Source: Mytilus trossulus (Eukaryota). From it: a stretch of DNA of 64,000 nucleotides. The first letter of the stretch is position 1. Every line of letters starts with the position of its first letter. This document shows positions 38,499 to 51,609 of this stretch, piece by piece. The stretch spans positions 30,008,001 through 30,072,000 of the forward strand of contig NC_086380.1 of NCBI RefSeq assembly GCF_036588685.1. The letters are read 5' to 3'. The position numbers and the translations under genes are program-made. Below the pieces are notes generated by a model. That model searched no databases. It was given only the letters and a program-made list of their open reading frames with translations, and was not told where the DNA came from.

Positions 38499-38780
38499 TT
38501 GAACCAGCTAGACATATACTGTTTAGTGTATCTGATTTATCATGACTATGCAGTGGTTGTGCCTTATTGTGCCATTATCTGTGATGATTTTTCCCATAAA
38601 ATGATTAGGTTCACGTATATATTATATTATTTTAGTTATATATAAGAGACAGTTATTCAATTTTACAAATTAACTGAATTAGCAATAATAATAAGAATGG
38701 ATAAAAAAAATTAGTATCAGTAGTCACCAGCATCTGGTGGCCATAATTATAAACATGATGAATGTTGACTGGGCTAGCAA

Positions 38781-40069
38781 AGCAGTAGGTCTGGTAAGGA
38801 CTGATTTTGGCCTCAAATTTCAGGTTCGTCTGACGAAAGATTTTGGACACTTTTTAAACACTTAAGTGTCTATTTCAGTTGATTCAATTAATTTATTTAA
38901 AAGATTTTAACTGAGGTACTCATTTAAAACACTCCAATTCAAGATTAATTATGAAAAATCTATCAAATATGCCAAAAAATGTCACTTTTCATATGGTTTT
39001 TGTCAAAAATGGAAGTGGCCCCATCCTTGTTCATCCTCAACCTTTATACATGAGCTACATCAAATAAAAATCAACCTTATGCAAACAAAAATCAGTACCT
39101 TTGTTGAATTATTTTGGGTTGAAATAATTTCTATGGAAAGTCTGTAATTATTCCAAAAGTATAAAAATAAATAAAACCAACCAACAGGCATTTTATTTAT
39201 TCCAAAATTGATTAAAGTCTTAATAATAATAATACTTTATTCAGAAGCAATACAGCTTAAAACATGTATCTGTGTACATGTACTTGCATAAGGTCGATTT
39301 CTATCCGACACAGCTCATATGCAGAAACATTTTTCTTTCTAATAAATAACTAAAAGTTTTCATTTTAGCAATTTTGTAAAACTGCTATATTTTTGGGCCA
39401 AAAAGGGGTCTTACTGGATCTATTCCTTTTCTGGAGCAAAATTTTAAACTGAGATTTTTGGTTCACTTTATAAAGCAGGTAAACAAAGGAGTAGGTTCAG
39501 TAAGACCCCTTTTTGGCCCCAAAATATAGCAGTTTTAGAAAATTGTGAAAATGTTATTGTTTCGATATTTATTGAAAAGTAGAATGCTTCTGCTACATAA
39601 ATATGAGCTGTTTTTGACAATACAATGCACATTTATCAGGTACTAGCATCATTGAGTCATGCTAAATTACTGAAATCTTCACAATTGTAGCATTTTTGTT
39701 AAATTTTATACGGTTTCCGTCTTAAATGAAAGTGGCCGCATTCGTGTTCATTCATAATATTGAAATGTAAGTTGTATTTGATGATAATACATAATATATA
39801 TAAAGATTGAGCATGAACACGGATGCGGCCACTTTCATTTTTAAAACAAAAAAAATCTGAAAAGTTACGATTTTTGGCATATTTGATAGATTTTTCATAT
39901 TTAAGCTTGAATCGGAGTGTTTTTAATAGACTTAATAAGTTAAAATCTGTCACATAAACTAATTGAATCAATTAAAATAGACACTTAAGTGTTTAGAAAG
40001 TGTCTAAAATCTTTTGTTAGATGAACTTGAAAATTGAGGCCGAAATCGGCCCTTGCTGGACCTACTCCT
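38781..40069. mobile_element. Two Kolobok-type MITE copies in tail-to-tail inverted orientation (38781-39427 +, 39487-40069 -)
   Basis: Same family as 28403-28982 (AGGAGTAGG TIR, GATTTTGGCCTCAAATTTCAGGTTC, GAAAGTGGCCGCATCCGTGTTCAT). Confidence 0.8.
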
Positions 40070-43000
40070 TTCAAGGAGTCATATGAAGCTGTCTTAAACA
40101 CTGGAAAAGTTCTGTTTTTGGTAGACCTAAACAACGAAATATATTATTGTTTCTCAGGGAGAATTTTTGACAAAAATGGCTCATTTAGACAATTTGACTT
40201 AGCTTCAGCACTAACACTTCAGCAAAAGAAAACTAGTTGTATAATGTATTCTAGAACAAACAACTTCTTCATTGGTTTGTCTAAAATATTGTAGACATAC
40301 ATGTTCTCTCTTTTCAAACTACTATGCATCTGTGTTTTAATTGAATTTGCTTTGCTGTACTTCTCTGTAGGTGTTTTATTACACATAAGACCTTTCCAAG
40401 TTCAAACAATTGGACCCTTGACCAGGAGTAAGATAACCTTAAGTTCTTCTATAAAGTTTACTAATAATGTTATTTCATTTTAACTATGTGAGATATTTAT
40501 GTAGGTATTCAAGAAAGCATTAAAGTTTCCAATCTATAGTTTGTGCTTTGCTACTTGAACTATGCAACTAAAAGGTGGTAACTGTATTTCTAAATATATA
40601 AAGAAATTTACATATGATAATGTAACCCAAGGACCAATTTTTTCATCAGGAATGTTGTATTTTGTACTTTTACTTATATTTTGACATGTTTGATAACTTT
40701 CATGTTGTTTTTCTAATAGTTTTGTTGTGAATTAATATGTTCCAAGATTTTTATACCATGTGTTGAATCCTGACAACTGTTTATCTCTTTTACATGATTT
40801 ATTTTTTATAAAAAATATTATTCATGCATATACAATGCATATCCAGTCCCTGCTTTGTCAAAAGCTGATGTAAAATATCTTTGATTTAAATATTTGAATA
40901 ATACATGTATATGTTATCATATTTTAAGGGTTACAGTTTGAGCCAAAAAGGTTCTTGCACTTTATATTTTATTAAAGAAGAATAGTTTTGATTGATTTAT
41001 ATTAAAATTTTGAGGTGATCTCATTCTTCAAATAAAGATTGGGTTTGGATTTATTTTGAAGATTTTAGTGTCATACATATATCTGAAAAAAAGTGGCAAA
41101 AATTGGTATATATTTTTTCAGATTGGAACATTTAATTTCACTCATGAGTCTTTAAAATTTTTCATTCAACTTGCTAACTGATTTAATGCATATGTTTATT
41201 GCAAAACTTTTTTAAGGTATAAGTAATTGTGTTTGTTATTGTGCTACAAAAGCAGTCTTAAAATTCATTGATATATACATCGAAAAACCCTGTCTCTTAT
41301 ACTTACATTAACCAGATATTTTGTCTCATTTTTGCTCTATGTGGTCTTTATGTATATGCCTTTGAAAAGCATTCAGCTGTTTTTTCTGACAAAATTTTTT
41401 ATTAACATATTTTTCAACTGAATTGATTTTTAACAGAACAGGTGCTTACTTTGAACATAATTTATTATGTTTATCGAACCCTTGGTTTTCAAACCAAGCC
41501 TATGATATACAATCTAGAGAATGTCACACACTTTACCTTTCCTGATTTATCAGTTTTTAGTTCTAACAAAATATTACAAGCCAGGCAAAACCTTCATCTT
41601 CTTTTGAACCTGCATCATGTTATTAATGAGATATTTTAATGCATACATTGATTTGTTTAGCCTTTCTCGTATGAGTACAATTTATAGTATGACCATTATA
41701 TTAAGCAACTGATTACTGTTGCCTTATGAAAAAAAGTAAAACCAGAAAAAAAATCCCAAACTAAGAGCAAAACCCAAAATGGAAAGTCCTAGACCAAGTG
41801 GCAATATCAAAGACTCAAACCCATCAAAAACTGAAATCATAAAATAACTGAACACTGAGGTAAATTCAAGAAAATTCAAATGGCATAATCAAAAGTTCAA
41901 ACAAATGGATAACAAATGTAATATTCCTGACTTGGTAGGCATTTTCTTATGTAGAAAATTGAGGATTAAACCTGCTTTTATTGCTAGCTATGATTTTATA
42001 AGGCTTAAGAGACAATTTAGGAAAAGAGACCCAATTTGAAGTCATAGATTCCCATGGTTTGCATTTAAAACATTGGTCATGATTTATATTAAATTTTCAA
42101 GGCTACAAATTATGATGTCATAATGGCATTATTATTATCAAACTAGTACAATAAAATTACATGTATTTGTATTCATCTGAAATATTTTCCTGTGAAATGG
42201 TTCTCCCATTTCAAAATGGATTTTTTTCCATTTGGAAAATAAGTGTCTGATTTGCTCAAATGAATTTTATGCATATGGATAAATTATTTTCTCCATATTA
42301 TCTTGTTCTTATAGAATTGAATGATTAGCGGATGAATTTATTTCTAATTATAGAGGCAATAATTGGTGCAACTATTTATATAATCTGACTAACTTAAATA
42401 CTTTTTTTTCTATGCAAATTATTCTGTAATAACAAGATGGAACTTTTCACATTTGGAAACATTCTCTCTTGTTTATCAGAAACTAGTTTTTGAATTTCAT
42501 CACTTAAAGAATAATGTTTTAATCAATCGGTATCAAGTGTGCTGCATTTGGCAAGGCAAATTTAAAGCTACTGAGGAAGGAAAATGGATGTCTGATTTGC
42601 TCAAATGATTACAAATTTATGTATATGGATAAATTATTTTCTTCATAGTTTTTAGTTCTTGTAAAACAGAATAATTACTTATTTTCTAATATACATGTAT
42701 AGGCAATAATTGGTGCAAGAAGTATTTGTTTATTTTATTAACTTAAATTATTGAGATATTAGTATTTTTGGGAATTTACAGTGATTGTTTCAGCCTTTAT
42801 CCTATCAATACACTTTATATAATGCTATTATACATGTTAAAAGTAAAATCACAAAAATACAGAACTCTCAGGAAAATTTAAAATGGCAAGTCCCTTCTCA
42901 AATAGCAAAATCAAAAGCTCAAGCACATGCATTTTCAAATGTAGAAAATGGTTGATTAAATCTAAAGTTTCCTGATGATGTTTTTAGGCTTAAGAGATAA

Positions 43001-45590
43001 TTTCTGAAATGAGACAAAATTTGTAGTCATGAATTTCCTTTTTTGCATATAAACATACAATAAGATATTGATGTAAATTGGTTATTAATTATATTAAATT
43101 GTCAATGCTATATACCAGTTATGATGTGATAATTGCATCAGTAGTATCAAACTAGTAAAATTAGATGGATTTGTACTCAGCTGATTAACAAAAATGAAAA
43201 ATGAATCTGTAATTACTAAATTTTCTCTTGTTAATTCGAAACTGTTTTTGAATCCCACAAAAATGATGTTTTAATCATTGGGTATTGTGCTGCAGTTGTC
43301 AGGGCAAATTTAAAGCTACTGAAGGAAGACAACTTTCTGTTTGATTTGCTCAAATAATTATAGATATATATATTATACAACATATTACGTCCCAGGTTAT
43401 TGTGAAATGGAATGATTATCGAAAAAAAAATATCCATTTTCTATTATATAGGCAATTTTTGGTGCAAGACTTATTTATATATTTTATTATTGTATGTAGT
43501 TGATACATTATTTTTTCGGGAATGGACTACAATTAAATATTTATGTAATCTTGTTTGTTTATTTTTATCTGATGACATATTCCAAAAACAGTGGATACCA
43601 TAAAACCCTTTGCTACAGAAAACATTAAATTATCACAAAAATATCCTAGATGTTGCAATAAAATAGTGCTTCTACCAAGTGTATGTCCGGGTACACTTAT
43701 CAAGTAAACTAAGTCCGTTTACCCTTCGATTTTATGTAGAACATACTAAGTCAGTATAATAGATTTTCTTTATATTTTTAAAACAATACATCTAGTCACA
43801 ACATGTAGGATAAAGTGTTTGTCATATTTCTCTAGTTATTAATCAGTACACACACACCATTCCAAAGTTCTAAGGTGGCTTCTTGGAAGCTTCACACATG
43901 CCTAGTTGACAATAACACAAAATATATTATTTTTGAAATTGCATGTGTACATTGTGTCACAATCACGAATTGTTTGAACGAAACGATGTTGGTGTATATG
44001 TTTCAACTCACTTGTGATATGTTTTGCGTGGCTTTGGATCTCCATGTAGTCGTTTTATTTGTGAGTTCGTTGATTGTGCCCTATGCCCAGTTTTGACATT
44101 CCGATATTCTGACTAAGTTCGGTTTTGCATTTTTTGAAAAACTAAGGCTTTTCTATCTCAGGAATAGATTATACATTAGCTGTATTTGGCAAAACCTTTA
44201 GGAATATTTGGTCCTCAACGCCCTTCAACTTATAACACAATTTGGCCTTTTTAACTTTTTTTTTATTCAAGCATCACTGATTAGTCTTTTGTAGATGAAA
44301 AGCGCGTCTTGCACAAATACAAAACTTCAATCCTGGAATCTATGAGGAGTTAATTTGCATGGAAGCTTATTCTGTAAATGCAACTGGTCTCTGTACCACT
44401 TGCTCGGTACTTTCGAGTTCTTGCAATTCCCTTCTTTTTTTTAATTTGACAATAAACAGTATGCTCTAAATGCATTTATTTTATTTGAACACCGGTAAAC
44501 TACTGTTGCCTCAAAATTTCTACAATGTTGCCTATTAAACACGATTAGACACAGAAAATGTGGTTGTGGATCTCTTTGGTAATTCTGGTTAAAATCGTGG
44601 TCCTTATTGTGATAGCATGAGTCAGCCTCTCAACTATTAGTGAGGTTAATATATTTTTTTCCAAAATTGTTTAACAGCAAAATTTTAGTCATCTGTATTA
44701 GGGATAGGGTAATTGAAAATGTAATGGTTATTAAGTGTAATGCATTACAATTTTCCATGTAATGTGTAATTGAGCATTTGTTTAATTACATGTAATGGTA
44801 ATTTAATTAATTACATTGAAAAAAGCATGTAATGCTCAATTACTTTTGAATTACATTTCAATTACATATACTTTTATGGTGTTAAAGATAAGGACTTGTG
44901 TTTAATAATATTTATTGTAAAATAATACTTGTTTTTTAAATATTGATATCACATACTTTTTTGATATATGATCGAAGTCTAAAATTTATACTGAAGTTAC
45001 AATGTATATTAATATTTAATTGACCTGTGAAAATGTGAGAATCATATATTAGTAAAATTGAGAATGGAAATGGGGAATGTGTCAAAGAGACAACAACCCG
45101 ACCAAAATAAAAAAAAAACAAAAAAAAAACACAATAGCAGAAGGTCACCAACAGGTCTTCAATGTAGCGAGAAATTCCCGCACCCGGAGGCGTCCTTCAG
45201 CTGGCCCCTAAACAAATATATACTAGTTCAGTGATAATGAATGCCATACTAATTTCCAAATTGTACACAAGAAACTAAAATTTAAATAATACAAGACTAA
45301 CAAAGGCCAAAGGCTCCTGACTTGGGACAGGCGCAAAAATGCGGCGGGGTTAAACATGTTTGTGAGATCTCAACCCTCCCCCTATACCTCTAACCAGTGT
45401 AGAAAAGTAAAAGCATAACAATACGCACATTAAAATTCAGTTCAAGAGAAGTCCGAGTCTGATGTCAGAAGATGTAACCAAAGAAAATAAACAAAATGAC
45501 AATAATACATAAATAACAACAGACTACTAGCAGTTAACTGACATGCCAGCTCCAGACTTCAATTAAACTGACTGAAAGATTATGATTTCA

Positions 45591-45657
45591 TCATATGAAC
45601 ATCAGGCACAATCCTTCCCGTAAGGGGTTTAGTATCATACCATCATAACATATATGA
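45591..45657 (-). promoter_or_regulatory. SECIS element (type II)
   Basis: Minus strand UCAUAU-AUGUU-AUGA-U-GGUAUGAU-ACU-AAA-CCC-CUUAC-GGG-AAGG-AUUGUGCC-UGAU-GUUC-AUAUGA: helix I, AUGA/GA core, helix II, AAA bulge and ministem, ~50 nt after the ORF stop. Confidence 0.88.
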
Positions 45658-45707
45658 GAAGAACATAACCCGTGTCATGCCAACAACTGTTTTTAGAATA
45701 AATGTGT

Positions 45708-48588
45708 TTAGTTCCGACGCAAAGACCTTATCAGTGACTCAATATCAACGCCAAAATATGCAATCTTTAATGACTTGACAACAGTATCGTAATTATATCC
45801 CTTCTTAATAAGTCTATTCAAAGGTTTTGTAAGTTTATGAGTTGAATACTGACACCTTTGTGCTTTATAAAGAATATTTCCATAAAAAAATGGATGTGAA
45901 ATACCTGAACGTATAAAAAGTCTGCATGTTGAGCTATATTTACGAATGATGTCTTTATACCGATGATAAAATTTAGTAAATGTTTTGACTAGTTTGTGAT
46001 ATCGAAAACCCTGGTGTAATAATTTTCAGTAATACATAAATTTCTCTCGTTAAAATCTAAAACATTGTTACATACACGAGCGAATCGTACAAGTTGAGAT
46101 ATATAAACACCGTAAGATGGTGACAATGGAACGTCACCATCTAAAAACGGATAATTAACGATAGGAAATGAAAAATCATCACTTTTATCATAAATTTCAG
46201 TATTCAGCTTTCCGTTAGTGATATAGATATCAAGATCGAGGAAAGGGTAGTGGTCATTGTTAGTATTAGCTTTATTTAAAGTAAGTTCACCAGGATAAAT
46301 TTCTTTAATATACATACTGAAGTCGTCATTATTGATAGCCAAAATATCATCCAAATATCTAAAAGTATTATTAAATTTGTTTATCAGATGTTGTTTTGAT
46401 GGGTCTTTGCTTATTTTTGTCATAAATTGTAACTCGTAACAATACAAAAAGAGGTCCGCAATAAGTGGTGCACAGTTAGTCCCCATTGGAATTCCGATAA
46501 TCTGACGATATACGGAATCCCCAAAGCGAACAAAAATGTTATCTAGTAAAAATTCCAGGGCATATATAGTATCAAAGCATGTCCAATTAACATAGTTTTT
46601 TTGTTTATTGCTACTAAAAAACTTTGAACAGATTCAAAATCACCAATATAAGCATGCAATTTATCAAGTACTTCCAACGAGTTCTTGACACTCCAAAAGT
46701 AATTTATTCCACTATTTGCGAAGGCCTTATTTGAACAATTTATTATAAGGTTTTTAATTGTACCAAGTGTGCTGGTAAGAATAATAGACAATTTAGTAGT
46801 TGAACAATGGCTTGAAGACGAAATAAATCTATATTTGTAAGGGGTTTTGTGTAGCTTTGGAAGCCAATACATAGTTGGGACTTTCATTGTATTTGGCTTT
46901 GCTTGTAAAGCGGTGGCTAAAAGTTTATGTTTGTTACAGATTTCGTTTTCTGAAAATGGAGTCAGTTGGAATGTTGGTGAATTGGTGATTTCCTTTTTCA
47001 GAACCTCAATGTAAAATTTACGTCAAACAATAATAATATTATTAGCAGCTTTATCGGCCGGGACAAAAACAAATTCCTTGGCTAGTTCTTTTAGTTTATG
47101 TTTGATACGAGAAATAGGTTTATTGTGGTTATTGTTAATAGTAAAATGTTCTTTAAAATGTTGAATACGTATATCAACTATTTTCATTACTGAATTAAAA
47201 AAAGAGTCCAAAGATTTTTTGTCAGCTTTTTCCCGTTTTATCCATTTCATACAGTAAGTATGGAGTGAGTCGTGGATGATATTACGACACTCATTCCAAT
47301 TAATAGTTGACGGGGGACGATATTTAGGTCCTTTACTGAGAAATGATTTTAACTCTCGGTCTTGACCGATGTTAAGATCTCCTGTTATAACATGGGAAAT
47401 GGGTCCATAAATATATTCGGAATTACTGCAATTACATGAAGTAGGTGTATTTTCACTGATATAAACATCTTTACACAATTGACTATAATTAAACACAAAT
47501 TTCCGGGTAGATTTCTTGTAAATATAACAAATAAGAGGTAGTTCAGTATTGTCAAAATATCCAGGAATTTGTTCTTTAACAGAATGGTCGTTAAATATAC
47601 CGGCAATATTTACAAAATCAAAGCCTTTATTGACATACTTAATTTAAATAAAATGTTTTTTATGATCTTCAGGGCGATCAATTTTGGGAAATAATTTAGA
47701 ATAACAATATGCCATAATAATTTGAACAATTTCATACTTAGGACTGCTATATGAAATTGTGTTGCAATCCTCCAAAATTTTATTTAACTTATTAACCGGT
47801 AACGAACAGAGTTTTGTTAACAGATAATGTCTGCCGTTGTTTTTTGAAATAGAAATTAGGTCCGAAATATTGGTATGATTGGCCCGAAATTTTCTTTGAT
47901 TGCGATTTGTTCTACAACCGTGAGAAAGATTTTTACGAACAGTTTTAGAAACAATATCCAAAATGTTAACGGAATTGGTTCTAGATATATTACCAATTCC
48001 CATGATATTATCATTTAGACCGAGAGGATAAACTGTCTGTAATTTTTTAATCCAATTTAATTCAATTGTTTTCCGTGATCGTACAAACTTTGAATGCGAT
48101 TCACCAGGCTGCTTATTTACTACTTCTAAAGGTTGAACTGCTAAATATTTAAAAGGATGGTTGTGCTTCTTAAGGTGTTGGTAAATGATACTTTTGAATT
48201 TATTAGGTCTTTTAAAACGATACAGATGTTCTTGAGTGCGTTTTGATAAATATCTTCCAGTTTCTCCTACGTACTGAATACCACATCCCGGTTTGTTTCA
48301 TGTGAGTAAATAAATAATACTGTTTGTTTTTCAAGTAATATCAGTTTCAAAATTTAAAGAAAATGTGCGACCATTAAACGTGGACCTTACTGTATTGTTG
48401 GTGGAAAGACGGGGACATGTAAGTCATTTTTTGGCATGACACTTATCGATAGAAGGGTAACCACAATTTTTATTGTTAAAAATGTTAGCGATGGTAGTAT
48501 TTTTAGATAACCGATTTTGAAGATTGAGACGTGTAGATACCCTTTGAACAAGTTTAGTATTTAGTATTTTCCCGTTTCTTAGCTTCAT
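45708..48588 (-). pseudogene. Naiad GIY-YIG/RT selenoprotein ORF (4 putative Sec codons), inactivated in this copy
   Basis: In-frame TGA at 48424-48426, 48331-48333, 48298-48300 and 47023-47025, all at Cys-type positions. Lesions: TAA at 47644-47646, a deletion at ~46618 removing the DFxxLYT motif, and a 1-bp deletion at ~46023. Confidence 0.88.
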
Positions 48589-49445
48589 AATTGTTTTGTT
48601 AGTGAATTACATAATAAAGGAGCAAAGATTGTCGTCCAGAATATGAACCAGCATACAATAATTAAGTTAAGTAAAAGTGATAAATTTGTTAGCTGAAAAT
48701 GTCAAACGCTATCAGTATTAATTACCCGAAAAAGATAGTGTATATCAGGGTAGGACTGATGGCTGACCAATTAGTAGAATGGGGCTGAATATTGAAATAC
48801 TACTTTTTGATAAACATTCCTAAAGTAATGAACTAGAGCAGTTCCGGCTCGGACACACACTCCATAATCTAGTATATTATAAGAGCATAAACCTGAAGCA
48901 CGGGGAGGCATTCTACTGCCTCCACACGGCACTAAAGACAAACTCTGTAAAAAATAAAATTGAGAATGGAAATGGGGAATGTGTCAAAGAGACAGAAGGT
49001 CACCAACAGGTCTTCAATGTAGCGAGAAATTCTCGCACCCGGAGGCGTCCTTCAGCTGGCCCCTAAACAAATATATACTAGTTCAGTGATAATGAATGCC
49101 ATACTAATTTCCAAATTGTACACAAGAAACTAAAATTTAAATAATACAAGACTAACAAAGGCCAAAGGCTCCTGACTTGGGACAGGCGCAAAAATGCGGC
49201 GGGGTTAAACATGTTTGTGAGATCTCAACCCTCCCCCTATACCTCTAACCAGTGTAGAAAAGTAAAAGCATAACAATACGCACATTAAAATTCAGTTCAA
49301 GAGAAGTCCGAGTCTGATGTCAGAAGATGTAACCAAAGAAAATAAACAAAATGACAATAATACATAAATAACAACAGACTACTAGCAGTTAACTGACATG
49401 CCAGCTCCAGACTTCAATTAAACTGACTGAAAGATTATGATTTCA

Positions 49446-49512
49446 TCATATGAACATCAAGCACAATCCTTCCCGTAAGGGGTTTAGTATCATACCATCA
49501 TAACATATATGA
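49446..49512 (-). promoter_or_regulatory. SECIS element, second copy in the pseudo-LTR
   Basis: Same as 45591-45657 except one C>U change that turns a G-C pair into G-U. Confidence 0.85.
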
Positions 49513-51609
49513 GAAGAACATAACCCGTGTCATGCCAACAACTGTTTTTAGAATAAATGTGTTTAGTTCCGACGCAAAGACCTTATCAGTGACTCAATAT
49601 TAACGCCAAAATATGCAATCTTTAATGACTTGACAACAGTATCGTAATTATATCCCTTCTTAATAAGTCTATTCAAAGGTTTTGTAAGTGTATGAGGTGA
49701 ATACTGACACCTTTGTGCTTTATAAAGAATATTTCCATAAAAAATGGATGTGAAATACCTGAACGTATAAAAAGTCTGCATGTTGAGCTATATTTACGAA
49801 TGATGTCTTTATACCGATGATAAAATTTAGTAAATGTTTTGACTAGTTTGTGATATCGAAAACCCTGGTGTAATAATTTTTCAGTAATACATAAATTTCT
49901 CTCGTTAAAATCTAAAACATTGTTACATACACGAGCGAATCGTACAAGTTGAGATATATAAACACCGTAGTGTTCAGTTCTTAAGAAAGATCTTTTAACT
50001 TAATAGATTGATAAGTAACTAATCACCTTGTTAAACAAAAACAAAAAAAAGTGTCACTGTGAAAAATCTTTCTTATACAGTTCATTTAGAATTTAAAATC
50101 ACTGCACACAATCATTTTGTCAAATTAGTATACACAAAAGGATTATAGAAATAAAAATTAACAGCTGTAAAAACAAACGGCATTTAATCAGATTACAATG
50201 TCAAGGCAAAGCCACTGTTACATGTATTTTTACCTAATTAGCAAAATATTGCTAAAATTTAGACATTATACATACATTATTTGTACTAAAAATTATTTTC
50301 AATATTGTGACAAGCACACTTTTTGATATTTTTAATGTAAAAGAAATATTTATGATTTATGTATAATATCTTTATTTATATTATGTTTAATTTAATTAAA
50401 TGACTTCATTTCTGAGATGTCAAAATATACCTTGATGTATTGGGAGGTCAATAGGAACCAATTCCCCCTTCTTTCAATATGATGATCTTCTGATCACAGA
50501 ATTTCCATGTTCTGATCAGGCAAAATCTGCTGCATTAGCTCCTATCGAAAAGCTATTTAGAATTGATGTCAAAGTGTTCAGACCAGAGAGATTCAGACTA
50601 AATGACAAAACATCAAAAATAGCTAATGATTATCAAATGCAACGCTTAAACTATGCTTACATGAATATTTTACACATGCATTATTTATAAATGTATAAAA
50701 TTGTTAAAAATTACCATGACGAAATGTAATGTGTAATTTAATTAATTACTTCAGTAAAGTAATTGTAATTTAATTAATTACATTTCAAAAACAGTGTAAT
50801 GTGTAATTGATGTAATTGATCATTTTTGCAATGTAATGTGTAATTTAATTAATTACATTCCAATGTAATTGACCCCAAGTCTGATCTGTATTTTCATGTC
50901 AAAACCGATGTACTGGATATTGTGCTGATGGTATACTCGCGGACTAATTGTCCACCAGCAGAGATATCAAAACAGTAGTAGTAATAAGAACATGCCTAAA
51001 TGCCCCCGAGATAAGCACCATTCATGACTGATCAGTATTAAACTTTGTCAGACTTGGTGGTGTTTTATAATGATTTTACAATTCACGGATTGCCAACTTT
51101 TGTAAATACCATTTGTTGTGGGTGTGTTCAATTGTTCAATTAAAGCTTGGATACGTTCCACAAGGTGAGGTGATTAGTTGATTGATCTTTGGTTATTGAA
51201 CAGAGAAAACAGTTACAAGGAAGCGTTACACTTATCACTTTTCTTAAAGATATTATCAGAGTATTTGATAATTTGAGTGCTCGTAAATATTGTAACCAAG
51301 TTCTTTAGTATCGAGTCCGCAAATAAGCAGGGTAGCTAGTGGTTTTCCTTATTATATCCTTTGCAGCTTGTTGGTGTCTGAGTTAACGTGTAGGGATAAC
51401 AAAATGTGTTCTTGGTAGTAGATTTTACTAGCAAAATGTAAATATTGTCATACTATATCATATCGATATTTATTATATGACCATCGGGGGTATTCGAAGC
51501 CCATGTCCTGTATTTGATTTTAGACTTTTTTATAATTTGGATGAATGTGTGGACTATTAGTCCCCGAGGGTATCACCAGCCCAGTAGCTAGTACTTCGGT
51601 CACCTCACC

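Larger units (their letters stand above)
45053..49969 (-). mobile_element. Penelope-like retroelement of Naiad type (N-terminal GIY-YIG plus RT) with an upstream partial tandem copy (pseudo-LTR 48955-49969)
   Basis: ORF from ATG 48588 to TAA 45708: IIYLLT..CGIQYVGETG..R..EH..IELNWIKKLQT.YPLGLN (GIY-YIG) precedes ADKAANN, YWLPKLHK, GIPMGTNCAP and FRYLDD. 45053-46114 is repeated directly at 48955-49969. Confidence 0.93.
44699..50883. mobile_element. hAT-like MITE (GTAAT/ATTAC subterminal repeats) hosting the Penelope-like insertion
   Basis: 8-bp direct repeat ATCTGTAT at 44691-44698 and 50884-50891; termini TAGGG... and ...CCCCAAGTCTG; TGTAAT repeat clusters at both ends. Confidence 0.75.

Noticed and set aside
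41730-43480. Degenerate local duplications containing SINE-like fragments
   Set aside because: Old non-coding duplication with no ORF or structure that I can support.
45140-45210. Hammerhead ribozyme in the Naiad 3' UTR (CTGAAGGA / TTGAAGAC on the minus strand)
   Set aside because: I could not build a CUGANGA...GAAA core with matching stems.
45053-49969. 1-kb direct repeats as true LTRs
   Set aside because: They include coding sequence, lack TG...CA ends, PBS and PPT, and the protein is GIY-YIG plus PLE-type RT; this is a Penelope-like pseudo-LTR.
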